In this document: in pieces, positions 52,949 to 60,071 of the stretch
Layout of the letters: each line of letters starts with the position of its first letter
How positions within the stretch are numbered: the stretch's first letter is position 1
NCBI GenBank assembly: GCA_029240055.1
Contig: JARBTT010000001.1
Coordinates: 1-60,071, forward strand
Direction of reading: 5' to 3'
DNA: 60,071 nt
Origin: Massilibacillus sp.
GTDB taxonomy: Bacteria > Bacillota > Negativicutes > JARBTT01
The notes under the pieces: model-generated
The model's database searches: none
What the model was told of the DNA's origin: nothing
What the model saw: the letters and a program-made list of their open reading frames with translations, nothing else
Program-made: the position numbers and the translations under genes

Positions 52949-54241
52949 GTGAAGGAACGAAAATTTATTGGTAGTTTTGCAAGGAACTGGCTAAGAAATA
53001 TACAGATGCCGCCCAAAACGTTTCGTGAAAAAGTAGCTGTATTTTTTGCTGTCATGGGACCAGGGATTATCACAGCGTTCGCAGATAATGATGCTGGTGG
53101 GATTGCTACTTATATTACGGCGGGAGCAAAGTATGGCTATGCCTTATTGTTTGTCTTGTTGATTAGCACGATTTGTTTAGGTGTCATGCAAGAAATATCA
53201 GCACGTATTGGGATTGTTACGGGGAAAGGTCTATTTGTACTCATCCGTGAGCGGTATGGAAAACGTTCTGCTGTTTTAGTAATGGTTCTTTTCCTCATAG
53301 CCAATATAGGAACGACAGCTTCAGAATTTTCAGGCATTGTACTCAGTTGTACCTTTTTTTCTATTAGTAAATATATCGCGGTACCATTTGTCGCTTTCTT
53401 TATTTGGTTTTTGGTTGTGAAGGCAAATTATAATTACGTCGAAAAGGTGTTCTTTTTGCTATGCGCTACTTTTTTTAGTTACATCATTGCTGGTGTTCTA
53501 GTTGAGCCATCATGGCCCGCAGTACTCACCGCAACTTTTGTACCGACTTTTTATCAAGATAGTGCTTATTTGTTTACGGCGATAGGGATTATTGGTACAA
53601 CAATTACGCCATGGGGACAATTTTATATGCAGGCGGCTATTGTTGATAAAGGAATCACGGTAAAAGACTATTGGTATACTTGTATAGATATTATTGCAGG
53701 GACTTTTTTTACGGGATTAATTGCTTTTTTTATTTTAATTACAACCGCCACAGCGTTATATGGTCATCCTTATATGATAGAAAATGTTGAAGAAGCAGCA
53801 ATTGTTTTAGAGCCATTTGCAGGGGCATATGCGAGTGTATTATTCAATGTTGGTCTATTGGGCGCAGCGCTATTAGCGGCGGTGATTTTACCATTGAGTA
53901 CGGCGTATGCAATTTGTGAAGTCATGGGGTTGGTGTATGGAATTAATAAAACGTATCGAGAAGCACCGGTATTTTTTATTGTTTATACGGTATTGATTGT
54001 TATAGGTGCCGGTTTGGTTTTAATGCCGAATATTTCTCTATATAGTGTTATGTTACTTTCGCAGGTATTAAACGGAGTGCTGCTTTCCCCTATTTTAATT
54101 TTTATATTGCTCTTGTCTAATGATGAAAAAATTATGGGAAGCTATAAGAATAATCGCCTATATCATACCGTTGCGTGGATCTTTACAATTCTTATTATTG
54201 CGTTGACGATATTGTTGTTCGCTCAAATATTTGTAGCGTGA
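52949..54241 (+). CDS. mntH: NRAMP-family divalent metal cation transporter
   Basis: 430 aa. MGPGIITAFADNDAGGI and TPWGQFYMQ motifs. GTG start after GGTGGTGGA. Confidence 0.85.
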   Translation: MKERKFIGSFARNWLRNIQMPPKTFREKVAVFFAVMGPGIITAFADNDAGGIATYITAGAKYGYALLFVLLISTICLGVMQEISARIGIVTGKGLFVLIRERYGKRSAVLVMVLFLIANIGTTASEFSGIVLSCTFFSISKYIAVPFVAFFIWFLVVKANYNYVEKVFFLLCATFFSYIIAGVLVEPSWPAVLTATFVPTFYQDSAYLFTAIGIIGTTITPWGQFYMQAAIVDKGITVKDYWYTCIDIIAGTFFTGLIAFFILITTATALYGHPYMIENVEEAAIVLEPFAGAYASVLFNVGLLGAALLAAVILPLSTAYAICEVMGLVYGINKTYREAPVFFIVYTVLIVIGAGLVLMPNISLYSVMLLSQVLNGVLLSPILIFILLLSNDEKIMGSYKNNRLYHTVAWIFTILIIALTILLFAQIFVA

Positions 54242-54258
54242 TTTCAAATATTTTTGAT

Positions 54259-54292
54259 GCACCTAACAAAAAATAGGTGTATTTTTATTTTT
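54259..54292 (+). terminator. Short intrinsic terminator after the NRAMP gene
   Basis: GCACCTA...TAGGTGT followed by a T-run. Confidence 0.5.
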
Positions 54293-54368
54293 TATGCGGT
54301 TATATTATAAATTTTGTATTATAATATTAAAGTTAAGTGTTATTTTTTTTATAAATAGGAGTTTAGAT

Positions 54369-55172
54369 ATGATGATAAAACAGATGACGAATAGGCTACA
54401 TAAGGTAAGACAAGACAGTCCACTAATTCATCAAATAACCAATTATGTTAGTGTAAATGATTGTGCAAATATAACTTTAGCGATTGGTGCTTCACCAGTC
54501 ATGGCGCAAGATGTAAATGAAGTTGCAGAGATGGTAAGTCATGCGAGAGCATTGGTACTCAATATTGGCACTTTAAGTTCACAAACAGTAGAAGCGATGA
54601 TTATCGCGGGAAATAGGGCTAAATCACTGAAAATTCCAGTTGTTTTTGATCCAGTTGGGGTCGGGGCGACAATGTACCGCACTGAAGTTGCCAAACGGAT
54701 CATTGCTGAGGTGAAACCGGATGTCATCCGCTGCAATATGTCAGAATTAAAAGTATTGTGTGGTTTGGATACCGAGGTGAAGGGGGTTGATTCTATCGCT
54801 CTAAGTGATGGCGGAGAAACGGCAGCGCAAGCTTTGGCTAAACAAATTGATGGTGTGGTAGCAGTTACAGGGCAAGTAGATATTGTTGCGTGCAAAGATA
54901 AACATTGTCATATACATAATGGGCATACTTTTTTAACGCGTGTTACTGGTACTGGCTGTATGACGACGGCTTTAGTAGCAAGTTATTGTGCAGTTGGTGA
55001 TACTTTTGTCGGTGCAGTATCTGGTGTGTTAAGTATGGGAATCGCTGGGGAGGTTGCCGTAGAATCGCTTTTGGAGAATGAAGGAATTGGTACCTTTAAA
55101 GTCAGATTGATGGATGCGGTCTTCAATCTAAATGATGATATCATCAAAAGATATGCGAGAGTTACCGAGTAG
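54369..55172 (+). CDS. thiM: Hydroxyethylthiazole kinase
   Basis: SPLIHQITNYVSVNDCANITLAIGASPVMA and TGTGC motifs. Start at ATG 54369, 7 nt after AGGAG. Confidence 0.9.
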   Translation: MMIKQMTNRLHKVRQDSPLIHQITNYVSVNDCANITLAIGASPVMAQDVNEVAEMVSHARALVLNIGTLSSQTVEAMIIAGNRAKSLKIPVVFDPVGVGATMYRTEVAKRIIAEVKPDVIRCNMSELKVLCGLDTEVKGVDSIALSDGGETAAQALAKQIDGVVAVTGQVDIVACKDKHCHIHNGHTFLTRVTGTGCMTTALVASYCAVGDTFVGAVSGVLSMGIAGEVAVESLLENEGIGTFKVRLMDAVFNLNDDIIKRYARVTE

Positions 55173-55182
55173 GAGGAGAAAC

Positions 55183-55677
55183 ATGAATTTAAAAAAAATG
55201 ACCATTACCGCAATGTTTATGGCAATTGGTGTGCTTTCAGCACACTTGGTATATATTCCAGTCGGCTTTGCAAAGTGTTTTCCAGTGCAGCATGCGATTA
55301 ATGTCTTGCTAGCAGTGCTCCTGGGAACGCGTTATGCAACTGGTGCGGCATTTGGAATATCGCTGCTGAGAAATGTTTTGGGAACTGGTTCTATCTTGGC
55401 CTTTCCCGGTAGTATCATTGGTGCGACTTTGGCAGGAATGTTATATAAAAGGACGCATAGTATCTATGGTGCAATTCTAGGTGAAGTGGTTGGTACTGGA
55501 ATCATAGGCGGTCTTTTTGCATACCCAATGGCAAAATTTTTATTGGATTCGAATGTAGGGGCATTTTTCTTTGTCATCCCATTCTTAGTCAGTACCTTGG
55601 GCGGCAGTACCCTTGCATATGTGATTTATCAAACACCGATTAGAAATTTATTTCATGAATTTACGCGTAAAGCATAG
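55183..55677 (+). CDS. thiW: ThiW-type ECF S component (thiazole precursor transporter)
   Basis: ~164 aa, 5-6 TM, motif FPVQHAINVL.AVLLG. Directly downstream of thiM. ATG 55183 follows AGGAGGAG. Confidence 0.75.
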   Translation: MNLKKMTITAMFMAIGVLSAHLVYIPVGFAKCFPVQHAINVLLAVLLGTRYATGAAFGISLLRNVLGTGSILAFPGSIIGATLAGMLYKRTHSIYGAILGEVVGTGIIGGLFAYPMAKFLLDSNVGAFFFVIPFLVSTLGGSTLAYVIYQTPIRNLFHEFTRKA

Positions 55678-55688
55678 GGGAGAAAACG

Positions 55689-56402
55689 ATGACAAATGAA
55701 GTGGTAGTTTCCTATTTACTGAATAGTGGATTCTCTGTGAAAATAGGAAAAACATTGTTGATTTTTGATTATTATCTTGATCCAGAAAATATCGTTCCGA
55801 ATTTAATAGCGGAAAGCGATACCGTTTATATGTTTAGTTCACATCGCCATTTTGATCATTTCAATCCGTTAATTCGTCAATTTGCTGATACCGTGAACCA
55901 ATATTTTTTGAGCTTTGATATTGAAGGAGAAGCAGGCGCCAAAAAGCTGCCGTTAGAAAAAACCGTGTATTTGAATACCTATGATAACTATGCAAGTGAA
56001 ACGTTGCAAGTAAAGACCTATAGTTCTACGGATGAGGGCGTTTCATTTCTGGTAGAAGTCGATGGCTGGCATATTTTTCATGCTGGTGATTTTAATTGGT
56101 GGCATTGGAAAGGCGAAACTGAAGAAAATATAAAATTTGCCAGAAATCGGTTTGCAAAGCAGTTAAAAAAAATGTCTGGTTTAGTAGCTGATATTGCTTT
56201 CTTTCCAGTTGACAGTCGGTTAGAGGAGTTTTGCGATCTTGGCGCAAAGGAATTTTGTAAAAAAACAGATGTGAACTATCTTATTGCAATGCATAGGCGA
56301 GGCCCTGTATGGACGCCAACTGCGGACTTTTTCCAAGATAATAAGACAATCCCTACCTGGTGTCCGATAAAATCAGGCGAGCAAAGAAAAATTACAAAAT
56401 AG
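55689..56402 (+). CDS. MBL-fold metallo-hydrolase
   Basis: 237 aa. SHRHFDHF motif and a later HAGD. Confidence 0.7.
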   Translation: MTNEVVVSYLLNSGFSVKIGKTLLIFDYYLDPENIVPNLIAESDTVYMFSSHRHFDHFNPLIRQFADTVNQYFLSFDIEGEAGAKKLPLEKTVYLNTYDNYASETLQVKTYSSTDEGVSFLVEVDGWHIFHAGDFNWWHWKGETEENIKFARNRFAKQLKKMSGLVADIAFFPVDSRLEEFCDLGAKEFCKKTDVNYLIAMHRRGPVWTPTADFFQDNKTIPTWCPIKSGEQRKITK

Positions 56403-56416
56403 GAGGAGTAACTACG

Positions 56417-57055
56417 ATGAAGAAAAAAGGTCTTATATTTTTAATGGTGAGTATGATGTTACTTGTGACAGTGGGCTGTTTTGGTAATAGCAGTCAAAAG
56501 CAAGAGGAACAAAATGGCTCTGGGCTCAGCAATGGTATGAAATACAGTGATATGGCAAAAGCGCCACAAGAGGCAAGTACGCAAAAGAATCGTATCGCCG
56601 TCTTTGATACGAATCAAGGGCAGTTTAGTATTGAATTGTTTGAAGACAAGGCGCCAATCACAACAAAAAACTTTATTACTTTAGTTGAAAAAGGATTTTA
56701 TAATGGGCTCATATTCCATCGGGTTATTGATGCTTTTATGATCCAAGGTGGCGATCCAAATGGTAATGGTACAGGTGGTCCGGGCTACACCATACCAGAT
56801 GAATTTAATCCTGATTTACGTCATGATAGTGCTGGTGTTTTATCGATGGCGAATTCTGGGCCTAACACTGGTGGTTCGCAATTTTTTATCACTTTGGTAA
56901 AAACTCCATGGTTAGATGGTAAACATTCTGTATTTGGTAAAGTCGTTGATGGTCTAGATATAGTAAAAAAAATCGGTCAAGTGAAAACTGGGCCTAATGA
57001 TAAACCAGTAGCAGATGTTGTTATCAATAAAATCACGATTTCAGAAAGTAAATAG
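56417..57055 (+). CDS. Cyclophilin-type peptidyl-prolyl cis-trans isomerase, lipoprotein
   Basis: Lipobox [30 protein letters not shown] and HSVFGKV motifs. ATG 56417 follows AGGAGG. Confidence 0.9.
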   Translation: MKKKGLIFLMVSMMLLVTVGCFGNSSQKQEEQNGSGLSNGMKYSDMAKAPQEASTQKNRIAVFDTNQGQFSIELFEDKAPITTKNFITLVEKGFYNGLIFHRVIDAFMIQGGDPNGNGTGGPGYTIPDEFNPDLRHDSAGVLSMANSGPNTGGSQFFITLVKTPWLDGKHSVFGKVVDGLDIVKKIGQVKTGPNDKPVADVVINKITISESK

Positions 57056-57324
57056 TGAACGCGTTTACTTATATTTTAGAATGTGCGGATAAAACGTTGT
57101 ATACTGGCTGGACCTTCGATGTGGAAAAGCGTGTTTTAGCACATAATACGAAAAAAGGTGCAAAGTATACGAGAAATCGTTTACCAGTCAAAGTTGTTTA
57201 CGTTGAAAGCTTTTCTACCAAGATAGAAGCACAACAACGTGAGTATGCAATTAAACAATTAAATAGGGCAGAAAAATTAAAATTAATTTCTGCCCATAAC
57301 AATAAAACAGCCAACATCCAATAG
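57055..57324 (+). CDS. GIY-YIG domain protein (UPF0213-type, 89 aa)
   Basis: YILECADKTLYTGWT....R...H; the Y..R and E motifs of the GIY-YIG fold. The GTG start shares one base with the PPIase TAG stop. Confidence 0.75.
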   Translation: MNAFTYILECADKTLYTGWTFDVEKRVLAHNTKKGAKYTRNRLPVKVVYVESFSTKIEAQQREYAIKQLNRAEKLKLISAHNNKTANIQ

Positions 57325-57353
57325 CTTTTTAGGCTACTGATGTTGGCTGTTTT
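57304..57353. terminator. Bidirectional intrinsic terminator
   Basis: AAAACAGCCAACATC...GATGTTGGCTGTTTT. Confidence 0.85.
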
Positions 57354-57359
57354 ATTGTG

Positions 57360-58613
57360 TTAAAGGGCGGCTTTTATTTTTAAATAACAAAAGCCAAGCA
57401 AACCTAATGCCACAGGAAATAAACAGATCAGCCCACTACTCGAAAATAATAGGCTACAGATACAAAATGTAATGCATGCGCAACACCAGCCGATTGACCA
57501 CTTATCTAATAGTTTTATTCCAGCGGCCATTGAAATCACATAAGAAAATAAAAACACTGAGCCAGGAAATTTTAACAACTGATTTAAATCGGGAATAAAA
57601 AAGGTGAAGCAGAATAAAACCACAGCAAAAGCAATTGCTAATGCGAAGATGGCATTGATGGGGGTTTTGTATTTGGGATGTATGGTCGCCAAAAGTTTTG
57701 GAAACTCACCATCGCGCGCTTCATGAAAAATAATTCGTGAAAAACCAGCGATATTGGCGTGGATAGAACAAAAGGTAATTAGAATAGTTAAAAAAGCGAT
57801 GATCGAACCAGTCGTTTTACCGAAGGATAAAGCAATCAGCGAGCTTAACGCTGTAATAGAATTTGGGGCGCTATATATATTGGTGCCAATCGTCACCCAA
57901 GAAATAGATAGGTAAAGAAGTGTAATAAATAAAGCCGATAAAAATAGACTAATCGGAATATCGCGTGCTGGATTTTTAAATTCTTCCGCTAAGGGACAGA
58001 TTAATTCAAAGCCAGCAAAAGCAAAAAAGATTAAAGGGAAAAGTGATATCACCGATGCGTTACCATAAGGGATGAAAGGAATAAAGTTACTTAGACTTAC
58101 GTAAGGAAAGGAACATAAAACTACGATAAAAAGAATGATGATAATCAGCGTAACAATGCTAGAACTGATTTTTGAAGAAAGATCAATTCCTCGGATATTT
58201 AAAAAAATGGAAAGATAAAGCATAAATGCTGCCACCAGAATTAATTGTGTAAAGCTCAGTGGAATGATATAGCCCAAATAATAAGCGCCACTTAATGCTA
58301 CAGCGGGAAGACCGATTGGAATAGAGCCCATTAGAATCCAACTTGTAATCATCCCACTTCTCGCACCAAATGCATTTTCAGCATAAGAGGAAATTCCACC
58401 GGCTTTTGGGATCTTTGCTGCTAATTTGCTTAAAACAAACACAATCGGGAAAGAAAGTAAAGATATGACCAGCCAGACCAAGAGTGAAGCAGGACCGGCT
58501 TGCTGTGCGGTTAAGGCTGGTAATATTAAGATACCACAGCCAATGACAGCTGAGATTGATAGTGTGCAGCCGTCTTTCCAGGTTAACACCATTTTTAATT
58601 TTGTTTTTGCCAT
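57360..58613 (-). CDS. APC-superfamily amino acid permease
   Basis: ~417 aa, 12 TM. Start at ATG 58613 (MAKTKLKM), 8 nt after GGAGG. Confidence 0.8.
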   Translation of the reverse strand: MAKTKLKMVLTWKDGCTLSISAVIGCGILILPALTAQQAGPASLLVWLVISLLSFPIVFVLSKLAAKIPKAGGISSYAENAFGARSGMITSWILMGSIPIGLPAVALSGAYYLGYIIPLSFTQLILVAAFMLYLSIFLNIRGIDLSSKISSSIVTLIIIILFIVVLCSFPYVSLSNFIPFIPYGNASVISLFPLIFFAFAGFELICPLAEEFKNPARDIPISLFLSALFITLLYLSISWVTIGTNIYSAPNSITALSSLIALSFGKTTGSIIAFLTILITFCSIHANIAGFSRIIFHEARDGEFPKLLATIHPKYKTPINAIFALAIAFAVVLFCFTFFIPDLNQLLKFPGSVFLFSYVISMAAGIKLLDKWSIGWCCACITFCICSLLFSSSGLICLFPVALGLLGFCYLKIKAAL

Positions 58614-58697
58614 AGTGAAATCCTCCAATTTCTTATATAACAAATCAATAAAATGCATTGAATCGATTGTGAATTTATAGTAGCATAAAAAGTAAGT

Positions 58698-58741
58698 TCA
58701 ATAAAATTGAATTATTCGAATCTATAATTCAATTTTATTGA
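58698..58741. promoter_or_regulatory. 44-bp palindrome (18-bp perfect arms) between the LysR gene and the divergent permease gene
   Basis: TCAATAAAATTGAATTAT-tcgaatct-ATAATTCAATTTTATTGA. Confidence 0.55.
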
Positions 58742-58765
58742 TAAATAAGAAGGGAAGATGAAACT

Positions 58766-59662
58766 GTGGAATTAAAGAATTTAAAAACGTTTGCGAAAAT
58801 AGCACAATATAAAAGTTTTTCAAAAACAGCGGAAACTTTAGGCTATGCGCAGTCGACCATTACGACACAAATTCAACTTTTAGAGCAAGAACTGGGAACA
58901 AAATTATTTGAAAGAATCGGAAGGCGCGTGGAACTTACTGCGCATGGTAGTATTTTTTTGCAATACGTTAATAAAATCATAGCACTTACTGATAAAGCGA
59001 AAGATTCTATAGATGAAAGCAATACCCCAAAAGGAACACTAAGAATAGGGGTAGTAGAATCTATTTGTACAATGAGACTACCAGAGTTACTTAAAACGTA
59101 TCATATGCAATATCCAGAAGTAGATATTATCATAAAATTAGGCTTTTGTTCTGAACTGAGAACGATGCTCCAAAATAATATTGTTGATGTGGTTTTTATT
59201 TTGGATCAGGAAGTTGAACAAGAAGAATTCACTTCAAGTTTATCTTTCAATGAACCCATGGTCATTGTCGCAGCAGCTAGCAATCGACTTAAAGATAAAA
59301 ATAGCTTAACTGTGCAAGATCTTGCAACGGAATCTTTGATTCTTACAGAGCAAGGCTGTAGTTATCGTTGTGCGTTAGAAGAAATATTTAATAAAAATGG
59401 GGTACAACCGCATATTTTATTAGAAGTTGGTAATATTGAAACAATAAAGAGCTTTGTCAAAAGTAACTTAGGGATTACGTTGTTACCTTTGATGACGGTA
59501 AAAAATGAAGTGGCGAATCGGGAGCTAGTCATTTTAGATATTGCTGAATGCAAATTTAATATGCAGAGACAACTCATTTATCTTAAGAAAAAATACGTAA
59601 CAGCCGCTATGCGAGCGTTCATTTCATTAGCAAGTGAAAAAGACAATATAAAAAAGCAATAA
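58766..59662 (+). CDS. LysR-family transcriptional regulator
   Basis: N-terminal HTH LKTFAKIAQYKSFSKTAETLGYAQSTITTQIQ.LE..LG..LF.R and a C-terminal substrate-binding domain. Confidence 0.9.
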   Translation: MELKNLKTFAKIAQYKSFSKTAETLGYAQSTITTQIQLLEQELGTKLFERIGRRVELTAHGSIFLQYVNKIIALTDKAKDSIDESNTPKGTLRIGVVESICTMRLPELLKTYHMQYPEVDIIIKLGFCSELRTMLQNNIVDVVFILDQEVEQEEFTSSLSFNEPMVIVAAASNRLKDKNSLTVQDLATESLILTEQGCSYRCALEEIFNKNGVQPHILLEVGNIETIKSFVKSNLGITLLPLMTVKNEVANRELVILDIAECKFNMQRQLIYLKKKYVTAAMRAFISLASEKDNIKKQ

Positions 59663-59687
59663 TCTGTCACTTTTTTTTCAAAAGGTG

Positions 59688-59717
59688 TTGACATTAATAT
59701 TTTATTTATGATACTAT
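59688..59717 (+). promoter_or_regulatory. rRNA operon promoter P1 (TTGACA, extended -10 TGATACTAT)
   Basis: TTGACA at 59688-59693 and TG-n-TACTAT at 59709-59717, with an A/T-rich upstream region. Confidence 0.6.
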
Positions 59718-59792
59718 AAGCAAGTCGCCAGTGACAGTTGCTTATTACTGCAATGTACGACACGATTTCTTAAAAAAAAATCAAAAAACATA

Positions 59793-59821
59793 TTGACAAT
59801 GACTTTTAGTTCTGTTAATAT
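59793..59821 (+). promoter_or_regulatory. rRNA operon promoter P2 (TTGACA-17-TAATAT)
   Basis: TTGACA at 59793-59798 and TAATAT at 59816-59821, with an A-tract UP-like element at 59770-59790. Confidence 0.7.
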
Positions 59822-59852
59822 AAGTGAGCTGACAACGCAAGGCGTTAGCAAG

Positions 59853-59873
59853 TGTTCTCTGAAAACTAAACAA
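59853..59873 (+). promoter_or_regulatory. boxA-like rRNA antitermination element in the 16S leader
   Basis: TGTTCTCTGAAAACTAAACAA resembles the Firmicute rrn leader boxA (TGTTCTTTGAAAACTAAACAA). Confidence 0.6.
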
Positions 59874-60031
59874 TGTAGAAAAAATTAATGCCAGATGTGC
59901 ACTGCACAGTTCTTCATGAACTGTCAGTACTAGCAGCAGAGATGCTGCGTCGCGGTTTAAACATCGCGAGTTAATTTCTTTATTATAAAGAAACAAAGAA
60001 TTTAAAGAGCCTTTTAGGCTTTCTAATAAAA

Positions 60032-60071
60032 TTTATTGGAGAGTTTGATCCTGGCTCAGGACGAACGCTGG
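60032..60071 (+). rRNA. rrs: 16S ribosomal RNA, 5' end only (truncated by the window edge)
   Basis: TTTATTGGAGAGTTTGATCCTGGCTCAGGACGAACGCTGG is the universal 5' 16S sequence, including the 27F priming site. Confidence 0.95.

Noticed and set aside
59578-59996. ORFs 59578-59763 (-) and 59781-59996 (-) upstream of 16S
   Set aside because: They overlap the tandem rRNA promoters, the boxA-like element and the leader. They lack an RBS and fall in a region with a well-explained non-coding role.

Overview
AT-rich chromosomal window (about 60 kb) from a low-GC Firmicute. A signal-peptide protein ending in an outer-membrane beta-signal (LRYSANF) suggests a diderm, Negativicutes-like lineage; that is inference only. 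The window ends in an rRNA operon: tandem consensus promoters, a boxA-like leader and the first ~40 nt of 16S. Gene content is mostly housekeeping or accessory metabolism: htpG behind a perfect CIRCE operator, an OmpR/HK pair, a DEAD-box helicase, a phosphofructokinase-family gene, two tandem DAACS (GltP/DctA-like) symporters, two DUF445 genes plus cobO, cls, a MarR-MFS pair, a complete kdpFABCDE locus (kdpF is missing from the ORF track), panBCD behind a structured terminator-containing leader, aspA, a THF-riboswitch-controlled folT operon carrying a divergent Rpe-like TIM-barrel gene, an SbmA/YddA-type ABC exporter, three metallopeptidases, azlCD, topB, adenine deaminase, an NRAMP transporter, thiM-thiW, a cyclophilin lipoprotein, a GIY-YIG gene and an APC permease/LysR pair. 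No CRISPR array, tRNA, transposase, prophage or recognisable defence gene was seen. The most unusual signals are: (1) a family of three structured, GC-rich-core, ORF-less inserts in or next to gene-end terminator hairpins, at about 35.3, 38.6 and 50.5 kb; (2) the Rpe-like gene in the THF-riboswitch operon; (3) the panBCD leader; (4) a coiled-coil plus beta-barrel outer-membrane protein; (5) a TTGTATACAW motif shared by the DAACS and aspA regulatory regions. All coordinates and motif calls were made by eye, without homology searches.
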